A stretch of 64,000 nt of DNA from a virus, in IMG/VR virus record IMGVR_UViG_3300008111_000003; one strand, 5' to 3'. Below the pieces are notes generated by a model that saw only the letters and a program-made list of their open reading frames with translations, made no database searches and was not told where the DNA came from. Numbering within the stretch: position 1 is the first letter of the stretch; each line of letters starts with the position of its first letter. A program made the position numbers and the translations under genes. This document shows, one piece after another, positions 57,450 to 64,000 of this stretch.

Positions 57450-57872
57450 ATGAATATAAAACACCATCCAGTTACTCAAACATCAACAGTTATTGAACTT
57501 TATTCGGAAAAGGATGGAGTAGATATTAACTATGTTTGTACTTCAGAACTTCCTAACGGAAAGATTGGAGATATTTTCTATAGGTCAACTCCTCATCCAG
57601 AATTTGGTAACAAATATTTTGCTATCTTTTTTCATGGTGATAATGCTATGATTTCTGGTGCTGATTTTGTAGAGAATTTTACATTCGGCGTTGTGCAAAA
57701 TGATATTGGAGAGTATGAATACAGCCAAAGTCGCCATGATTATAAGAGTTTTAAGAATGGTAATATGATTGATGGCGGACGAGAATATATTCGTTCATCG
57801 GGTAATCGTACAATTATGATTGTGCGAAACGGACAATTTACTCACACAGTATTTAGAGATAATGATGCTTGA
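57450..57872 (+). CDS. Conserved-type phage hypothetical protein
   Basis: YSQSRHDY...IDGGREYIR motif. Confidence 0.7.
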   Translation: MNIKHHPVTQTSTVIELYSEKDGVDINYVCTSELPNGKIGDIFYRSTPHPEFGNKYFAIFFHGDNAMISGADFVENFTFGVVQNDIGEYEYSQSRHDYKSFKNGNMIDGGREYIRSSGNRTIMIVRNGQFTHTVFRDNDA

Positions 57873-58050
57873 AGATATTAAACAAAACTATGAGCGGGCT
57901 AAACAATTAGCAAGAGAAATATGGCTTGATGGAGACAATGAAGGTAATGGTAATGATTACTATTATTTTCAGTGTGGTTTTATTGCTGGATTTTGTTATG
58001 GTGATTCTATAAAATATAACATTTTGAAAAAAGATGAGAAAATTAACTAA
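57862..58050 (+). CDS. Hypothetical protein
   Basis: Coupled ORF. Confidence 0.5.
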   Translation: MMLEDIKQNYERAKQLAREIWLDGDNEGNGNDYYYFQCGFIAGFCYGDSIKYNILKKDEKIN

Positions 58051-58453
58051 AAAGAAACCTTCGTTTAACTGCGATGTTAACGGTGGTATTATGGTTACTT
58101 GTGCATTACGATACTCTCTTGGTCGCATGACTTATGTGCCGGGAGCAGTTCAAGATTGGATTAGAACTTATTGGAATGATCTTGATAGTAATACCAAATG
58201 CGTCTTAATTAGAGATGTGCTTGATTTTTTGTATGATGATTTCAGAACAAGCGGCAAACACCATATTCCTTTTGATGGATACGATACTAAAGAATGGGAA
58301 AAATTTGTTATTGATAGATTTTGGCATATGAATGAAGAAGAACAACAATATATCTATAATAATTACTTTACTAATATTGGAAATAATCATCGTTCACAAT
58401 GGTGGACTGAAATAATGGAACCTAAACTTTGTAAGGATGAATATGAACTTTGA
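58034..58453 (+). CDS. Hypothetical protein (CALRY.LGR.TY family)
   Basis: Phage motif. Confidence 0.7.
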   Translation: MRKLTKKKPSFNCDVNGGIMVTCALRYSLGRMTYVPGAVQDWIRTYWNDLDSNTKCVLIRDVLDFLYDDFRTSGKHHIPFDGYDTKEWEKFVIDRFWHMNEEEQQYIYNNYFTNIGNNHRSQWWTEIMEPKLCKDEYEL

Positions 58454-58799
58454 ACAAGCAAGAGAATATAGTTTTCTGGTCAAGTGGAAAGTTGCCGAAT
58501 GTTTTAGTGGGCCAGTGTGTTGGTGTAGGCTCATTGTGCCAATTGAGCCTATATATTATACTAATCCAGAATCAACTAATAGTTATGAATATTCTATCGT
58601 GGATGCTGCGGCATTAGATCAAACAACTGCGGAATATATTGTAAAACTCCATAATGAACATCTTGATAGAACTTTAAAATTACTAAAGGAAGATATGGAC
58701 ATTCTAAATACTGGATTACGTCCTCTAGATTCAATAACAATAACTAATACAACTTTAAAAGATGATTATAGAGTAATATGTCGAAAGGAAATAGATTAA
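58437..58799 (+). CDS. Hypothetical protein
   Basis: AEYIVKLHN motif. Confidence 0.65.
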   Translation: MNMNFEQAREYSFLVKWKVAECFSGPVCWCRLIVPIEPIYYTNPESTNSYEYSIVDAAALDQTTAEYIVKLHNEHLDRTLKLLKEDMDILNTGLRPLDSITITNTTLKDDYRVICRKEID

Positions 58800-59042
58800 A
58801 TGTCATGGAATCACCGTGTCGTTCGTAGATTTTATCCTAATACTCATATGGATGATAGTATGCTATATGAGATATATGAGGTTTACTATGACAAAGAAGG
58901 TAAGATAGAAGGTATTACAGAAGAACCTATAAAGATTAGAGAAGAGTCAGTTGACGATCTGAGAAAAACAATTGAACGCTTGACAAAGTGTTTGGAACAG
59001 CCTATAATTGACTACGACACGCTACAGGAAATTAAAGAATGA
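58800..59042 (+). CDS. Hypothetical protein (W.(H/Y)RVV family)
   Basis: AAGGA RBS; paralog of the next gene. Confidence 0.7.
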   Translation: MSWNHRVVRRFYPNTHMDDSMLYEIYEVYYDKEGKIEGITEEPIKIREESVDDLRKTIERLTKCLEQPIIDYDTLQEIKE

Positions 59043-59287
59043 CTACTGGCTGGAGATACCGAATAGTTAAAAAAGAAGGTAAATACGGACTATTCCCAGT
59101 ATTTATTGATGATAATGGGGATATTGTAAATATTAATAACATACCAGTCTATATTAGTGAATCAATGATAGATTTGCCAACTCTAGAAAACAAAGCAGGA
59201 ATACCTATTCCTTCTTTGATACGAGAAGCATTTGATTATCCTGTGCTAGATTATGACACAGGAGAAGAAATACAAGAACTGAATTAA
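59039..59287 (+). CDS. Hypothetical protein, paralog of the previous gene
   Basis: WRYRIV...PVLDYDT.EEI.E. Confidence 0.65.
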   Translation: MTTGWRYRIVKKEGKYGLFPVFIDDNGDIVNINNIPVYISESMIDLPTLENKAGIPIPSLIREAFDYPVLDYDTGEEIQELN

Positions 59288-59397
59288 CAGTCACCCTTGA
59301 GTTGATCGCCAAGGGTAGCATCCTGAGCCTCTAGTTCATCTATTAATGATGTTCAACGCTCAATAATGGGGGTGCTTTCAATACAAAGAGGAAAACT

Positions 59398-59694
59398 ATG
59401 AAAGGCCCACTAATTTACTACGAAATCAAAGAAATGTATGGTACTGATTTATCTAGTACCAAAAAAGCCACCGAATTAAGACAAAGTATACTAGAAGAAA
59501 TAGACTTTGGGTTTAATGTGGAACTTGACTTCAAGGATGTTCGTAGCATAACTAATGGCTGGGCCAGAAATTTGATTGGGGTTATCGCTAAAGAAAAGGG
59601 TGAAAGTTTTATAAAAAACCACATTCTTCTTATCAATATGACGAGAAATGTTAGACAAACTATACTTGAAGGAACATCGGAAATACTAACATGA
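59398..59694 (+). CDS. STAS-like domain protein (DUF4325)
   Basis: G..L.S...A..LR..I...VELDFKDV.SIT..WA..LIG. Confidence 0.75.
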   Translation: MKGPLIYYEIKEMYGTDLSSTKKATELRQSILEEIDFGFNVELDFKDVRSITNGWARNLIGVIAKEKGESFIKNHILLINMTRNVRQTILEGTSEILT

Positions 59695-59933
59695 CATTTG
59701 AACAGTTTATAAAAAAGGTAGACGATACATTTCTGGAGCATCAAGCATCTACATCTAAAGGTAAAATTTCTGCTGCTAATCAATGGAGATATGGTCAAAC
59801 GGTAATGAATGTTTTATACGATATTTGGCCGGAGAAATATAATGAACTTAAAAATTCTGATTATGATTGTTTTTATAATAACTCTACCGTAGAATCAGCC
59901 TTGTCAAAATTAGAGCAGGAGTGGGGCATATGA
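59691..59933 (+). CDS. Hypothetical protein
   Basis: WRYGQ..MNVL...D(C/P)FY phage motif. Confidence 0.65.
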   Translation: MTFEQFIKKVDDTFLEHQASTSKGKISAANQWRYGQTVMNVLYDIWPEKYNELKNSDYDCFYNNSTVESALSKLEQEWGI

Positions 59934-60424
59934 AAGAATATTCTAGCAGCCCAGAAAGAGGATCGTTTTATCGTGGAATATGGAAAAAACAATTAGAAGA
60001 AGGTAAAACAACCCAAGAACTGTACGATAATATGATGACTATACTTGACGAAGCACAAGCCAGAGAAGAAACAGAAGACAAAAATTTTAATTTAGAATAT
60101 GATTTGCGGTCTAGTGAAGATATCCTAAATAAAGCCAGAAACAGTACGGTATACTGTCAAAATTTATATGCGGCATTGTGTAATAACAGATTTTTTTATG
60201 GAGACAAGGAGTGGACTTGCTCTTGGAGACACGCCGGTGGTATTATAGCGGATATGATACAAAAAGGAGACTATATAGACTGGTATTGTTCCGGGATAGG
60301 ATCTGATCCAGAGAAGAGTGATGGGTATGTTGGTGAAAGTTTTGTAACAGAAGAGGTTAGACTGGATTTGCTCAAAATAGGGTGGGTAATAAGACCATAC
60401 GATAATCATGAGAAAATTAGCTAG
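59921..60424 (+). CDS. Conserved-type phage hypothetical protein
   Basis: QNLYAALCNN...CSWR.AGGIIA...GDYIDWYCSG. Confidence 0.75.
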   Translation: MGHMKEYSSSPERGSFYRGIWKKQLEEGKTTQELYDNMMTILDEAQAREETEDKNFNLEYDLRSSEDILNKARNSTVYCQNLYAALCNNRFFYGDKEWTCSWRHAGGIIADMIQKGDYIDWYCSGIGSDPEKSDGYVGESFVTEEVRLDLLKIGWVIRPYDNHEKIS

Positions 60425-61430
60425 TATACAACAAATTAAATACGTAAAACCTATATTAGATGCTGACAGCATAGAAACTGTAGGCATTTTAGGGTGGGAG
60501 TGCGTATCTAAAAAGGGTGAGTTTAAAACTGGAGATAGGTGTGTCTACTTTGAAATAGACTCATTACTACCAGAGATTCAAGAATTTGAATTTTTGAGGA
60601 AGGGCTGTTGGAACGAATCTTTTAAGAAATTTAGGCTCAAAACAATAAAACTCCGCAAACAACTTAGTCAGGGTTTGGCTCTTCCAATAACTGTGTTTCC
60701 TAATCTAGCAAGGTTTAGCATTGGTGATGATGTTACAGATATACTAGGCGTGGAGAAATACGAACCTCCTATTCCCGCCGCCATTATAGGGGATGCTAAG
60801 TCATTTTCATGGCCTATTAGTAAAACAGATGAAATAAGAGTTCAATTAAACGACGAATATCAATTTATACAAAGTCTTAATGGACAACCCTACTATATTT
60901 CGTTGAAACTAGATGGCACAAGCAGCACATTTTTAATTGATCCCAAAGATGAAACTTTTCATGTTTGTGGAAGAAATTATAGTTACAAAAAAAGTGACAA
61001 CCATAGTTTTTGGAAAATAGCCGATAGATATAATATTGAGCAAGGACTTAGGGATTTGTGGAATGAAGGTAGACAAATTGCTTTACAAGGAGAGGTTGTT
61101 GCCCCAGGTGTGCAAAAAAATCCTCTAGGTTTACCTATAGCAGATTTATATGTATTTAATGTTGTAGATATCTCTACAAATAGTAGATTATGTCTAGATG
61201 AGAGTTTGCATATTGTAGAGAGATTAGGATTGAAGTTTGTGCCGGTACTTGAAAAAGGTGAAAGTTTCGACTATACTGTGGACGATCTACTAGAACTGGC
61301 CCAAGGCAAATATATAGACCACTTTCCCTCTGCTAAAAGTTCTCAAGAACGTGAAGGAATAGTAATACGAGACATTGGTGGAACTATTAGTTTTAAAGCG
61401 ATTAATAATCAGTTTTTATTGAAAGAATAA
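60408..61430 (+). CDS. ATP-dependent RNA ligase (DRB0094/DraRnl-type)
   Basis: N-terminal OB domain MRKLASIQ; motif I KLDGTS; QGE; FNV; EGIV; FKAIN. Confidence 0.9.
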   Translation: MRKLASIQQIKYVKPILDADSIETVGILGWECVSKKGEFKTGDRCVYFEIDSLLPEIQEFEFLRKGCWNESFKKFRLKTIKLRKQLSQGLALPITVFPNLARFSIGDDVTDILGVEKYEPPIPAAIIGDAKSFSWPISKTDEIRVQLNDEYQFIQSLNGQPYYISLKLDGTSSTFLIDPKDETFHVCGRNYSYKKSDNHSFWKIADRYNIEQGLRDLWNEGRQIALQGEVVAPGVQKNPLGLPIADLYVFNVVDISTNSRLCLDESLHIVERLGLKFVPVLEKGESFDYTVDDLLELAQGKYIDHFPSAKSSQEREGIVIRDIGGTISFKAINNQFLLKE

Positions 61431-61431
61431 A

Positions 61432-61677
61432 ATGAATAACTGGACTCATTCTATACTTTATATTGGTGAAGAAAAAGGACAACCAGTTTATATCGATTCA
61501 TGGGACAAAGACTATCCGTATTGGTCTAAAATAACTATTGTTCAAAACCCGAAAAGCGATTGTTTGCATGATAATTGTAGTTCTTGTAATGGCACAGGAA
61601 TCAGAAAAGATGGTTTGGGGCCATGCGTTCATATGATGAGTTGTAGTTGTCCCAAGTGTTCTCCGGGAAGAATGTAA
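61432..61677 (+). CDS. Cys-rich small protein
   Basis: CLHDNCSSCNGTG...CVHMMSCSCPKC. Confidence 0.7.
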   Translation: MNNWTHSILYIGEEKGQPVYIDSWDKDYPYWSKITIVQNPKSDCLHDNCSSCNGTGIRKDGLGPCVHMMSCSCPKCSPGRM

Positions 61678-61679
61678 AA

Positions 61680-61886
61680 ATGAACATTTCCATAGAACAA
61701 CTCAAAAAATTAATAATGAAGTATGATTACGATAATGGATCCTACCCAGAGAACGATTACGAAGGACTTAGTGTTTATTCCTTTATCTGTAAAGAACTGG
61801 GAATAGAATGTGACTTGGAAGAGTACGACTGCCCAGATCAGAAATATGCTAAGTTTTTAAAAGAAAAGTTTGAGGAAAATAAGTGA
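61680..61886 (+). CDS. Hypothetical protein
   Basis: Coupled ORF. Confidence 0.55.
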   Translation: MNISIEQLKKLIMKYDYDNGSYPENDYEGLSVYSFICKELGIECDLEEYDCPDQKYAKFLKEKFEENK

Positions 61887-62034
61887 AAGTTACCAATCTC
61901 AACGAAACATTGTCTAAAGAAGAATTAGCCAAACTTTGGGCAGAGACAATTCACATGGCAGATAGACCACGAACATGGTACGAATGGTTTTGTTGGACTT
62001 TCTATGGAAGATTTAGAATTTTTAGGAGATTCTA

Positions 62035-62652
62035 ATGGAAATAATTTACCAACATAATCCTTTAGCCAATAAGATTCTGTTAAATGAAGCGGAGAAAAAA
62101 CTACTTTTTTGGAAATATAGTTATGTAACTCAAGTTGGTGAAGCAATTACTAGTTTATCATTTTATATCGATGATTATAAAAACAATAGAATCAAACCAT
62201 CTCTTATACTCAATGAAACTTATCGTAAAAAAGCAGAGGAATTTCTTGCTAATCCCTTAGACAAAATTCATGAAATTATTAATGATATAGAAAACAATTT
62301 TGAGAACTTAAGGTATAACGAAACAACTATCAAATACTTTATTGAAGCATTACAAGAATCTCATTTTGGTGATTGTATTAATGAACCTAATTCTTGTTTA
62401 AAGTGCTGGGCAGAAGATGAACTAGACATAGTAACTATGCCAAATTATCCCGGTGGAATTGGCCGATCATTGTATTATGTTTTTAACAATCCTAATTATG
62501 TTGGAACTATTGATGAGGCTATTGACTTTTTGACCAACAGAGAATATGCTAATCCCGGTGTTGAACAAAAATATGTTGAGGGATGGAAAGAAAGAGATAA
62601 AAAAGCCAAAGAATATCTGATCTATTATAAAAAAGAAGTTTTAGGACTATGA
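62035..62652 (+). CDS. Hypothetical protein
   Basis: AGGAG RBS; H.GDC...SCLKC motif. Confidence 0.7.
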   Translation: MEIIYQHNPLANKILLNEAEKKLLFWKYSYVTQVGEAITSLSFYIDDYKNNRIKPSLILNETYRKKAEEFLANPLDKIHEIINDIENNFENLRYNETTIKYFIEALQESHFGDCINEPNSCLKCWAEDELDIVTMPNYPGGIGRSLYYVFNNPNYVGTIDEAIDFLTNREYANPGVEQKYVEGWKERDKKAKEYLIYYKKEVLGL

Positions 62653-62942
62653 ACTTTTCTCAAGAACAAATTAATGATACTATTATAAAAGAGTCTTTTG
62701 TAGTAGAGAGTCTTGCTTTTGGAATATCGTCTGATAAGTATTATTTACCAATCAATGACAATAACAGTCGATTTGATCTAGTGGAAATTAAAACAACCCA
62801 CCCAAATGTTGCTCCAAGTCCTCATTGTAAAAAACACGGGGCTATGTCGTGTGTAGCGGTTCATAAGAGCGGTAAACTTTGGAGATGTATTCAAAATTGT
62901 CAATTAAAAGATTGCAGAGCAGGGTGTGAGGAAAGAAACTAA
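62649..62942 (+). CDS. Hypothetical Cys-rich protein
   Basis: CKKHGAM...WRC...CRAGC. Confidence 0.65.
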   Translation: MNFSQEQINDTIIKESFVVESLAFGISSDKYYLPINDNNSRFDLVEIKTTHPNVAPSPHCKKHGAMSCVAVHKSGKLWRCIQNCQLKDCRAGCEERN

Positions 62943-63187
62943 TGTATAAAACAATATCGGATTTAGGTAAGAAAAGTGGATGGAATGCTAGAATACTTCA
63001 GTGGGAAGATTCTGATGAAGTAAAGCATATGCTTCAAAATCCACAGGATCATTCAAAATGGTATTATGTGGATTTTTATCATACTTGTGATTATTCTAAT
63101 GGTATTCGTATAGAAGGAACCAAAGAGACTTTGCAAAAGATGGTAGATATGTTAAACGCAGCTATTCATAGCACAGAAAAAGCATGA
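62942..63187 (+). CDS. Hypothetical protein
   Basis: GAGGA RBS; coupled. Confidence 0.6.
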   Translation: MYKTISDLGKKSGWNARILQWEDSDEVKHMLQNPQDHSKWYYVDFYHTCDYSNGIRIEGTKETLQKMVDMLNAAIHSTEKA

Positions 63188-63194
63188 AAAAGAT

Positions 63195-63503
63195 ATGAGT
63201 AAATCAAAAATCAAAGTATCATTTAGTATAGAGGCTGATGATGATAGCGAGTTCATGCAAGAATTAGAATTTCTTGATTCTAAAAAACTAATATCACGAA
63301 TTAGACAAGTTGTTGCCGATTATATCAGAGAAAAAGCAAAAGATCAAGTAAGTAATCCAGACTTTTTTAAAGATCTTAATATAGATTTTGATTATGGTAC
63401 ATATGACGAAAGACTAAGTATCGTCAATAACCTTAAAAATTATGTTAGTAATGAAAATAATTTTAGAATAAACAATCCCAATGCACTAGATGATGGATAT
63501 TAA
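63195..63503 (+). CDS. Hypothetical protein
   Basis: ORF in operon. Confidence 0.6.
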   Translation: MSKSKIKVSFSIEADDDSEFMQELEFLDSKKLISRIRQVVADYIREKAKDQVSNPDFFKDLNIDFDYGTYDERLSIVNNLKNYVSNENNFRINNPNALDDGY

Positions 63504-63732
63504 TATGAAACTTTTTCTACTTATAGCAGGAGAAGATTATTATCCTCAATGGAAAACAGAGGATTGGATTAAAACATACGAGACTTTAGAAGAAGCACAA
63601 AATCAAATAAAAGAAATTCCAAATAGATGGGGCGACGAAAACCTTCACACAGAAAATAGTTACTTAATCAATGGGCATACTTATGACTGGTATAAAATTG
63701 TAGATTTAAGAGAGTGGATTTATGAATCATGA
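63490..63732 (+). CDS. Hypothetical protein
   Basis: LLIAG..YYP...DW...DWYKIVDL phage motif. Confidence 0.65.
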   Translation: MMDINMKLFLLIAGEDYYPQWKTEDWIKTYETLEEAQNQIKEIPNRWGDENLHTENSYLINGHTYDWYKIVDLREWIYES

Positions 63733-63958
63733 AGACATATTCGATGAAAAACTAGAATTAGATAAAGCAAGACGCTCTAAACTAAATGAGTTTTTGAATG
63801 ATTATGACTCTAGAATTTATAATCCAGCAATCAAAAAAATAAGAGAAAAATGTAAACAACTAGGACACAAATTTAGTTTTCACGGCTATAATTTAGATAG
63901 TTCTCATAGAATATACAAATGTAATTATTGCGGGGTTTCTAAACATGAACAAAATTAA
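63722..63958 (+). CDS. Hypothetical zinc-binding protein
   Basis: C...GH.F...CNYCG. Confidence 0.6.
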   Translation: MNHEDIFDEKLELDKARRSKLNEFLNDYDSRIYNPAIKKIREKCKQLGHKFSFHGYNLDSSHRIYKCNYCGVSKHEQN

Positions 63959-64000
63959 CGACAAACAAAAAGCGGTTATTAAATTTTTTCAGAAACAATT

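Noticed and set aside
1-64000. Genome-wide stop-codon reassignment
   Set aside because: Long genes are intact in code 11; TAA, TAG and TGA all terminate credible genes; no suppressor-anticodon tRNA found.

Overview
A 64-kb segment of a large tailed dsDNA phage (siphovirus-like Caudoviricetes) with two divergent arms that meet at about 34.75 kb. The left arm (minus strand, <1-34,736) is the late packaging and virion module. In transcription order it has a sigma-factor-like gene, an HTH/coiled-coil protein, HNH and ERCC4 nucleases, a large terminase with a class-3 intein, a GIY-YIG-like nuclease, portal, protease/scaffold, capsid, neck, tail tube, chaperones, a ~3,500-codon tape measure broken by a single in-frame TGA, and tail proteins. 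The right arm (plus strand, 34,817-64,000) is an early/accessory region of about 80 mostly small ORFs. Recognisable products include a bL12-like protein, Gp88-like protein, PRTase, DUF932, DUF4325, an RNA ligase and HNH nucleases, plus 7 tRNAs and many strong sigma70-type promoters. The most unusual parts lie at 35-52 kb: (i) a promoter-driven array of 6-7 structured non-coding RNAs separated by ATAC, two of which are homologous four-way-junction tRNA mimics ending in ACCA; (ii) twelve copies of a 44-bp double palindrome (CTGCCAnnnTGGCAG x2) with an invariant 29-bp period, placed between genes and promoters; (iii) eight sigma54 -24/-12 boxes phased against those palindromes; (iv) a second 36-bp bipartite repeat. 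All calls come from reading the sequence by eye; no searches were run. Functional labels for structural genes rest partly on gene order.
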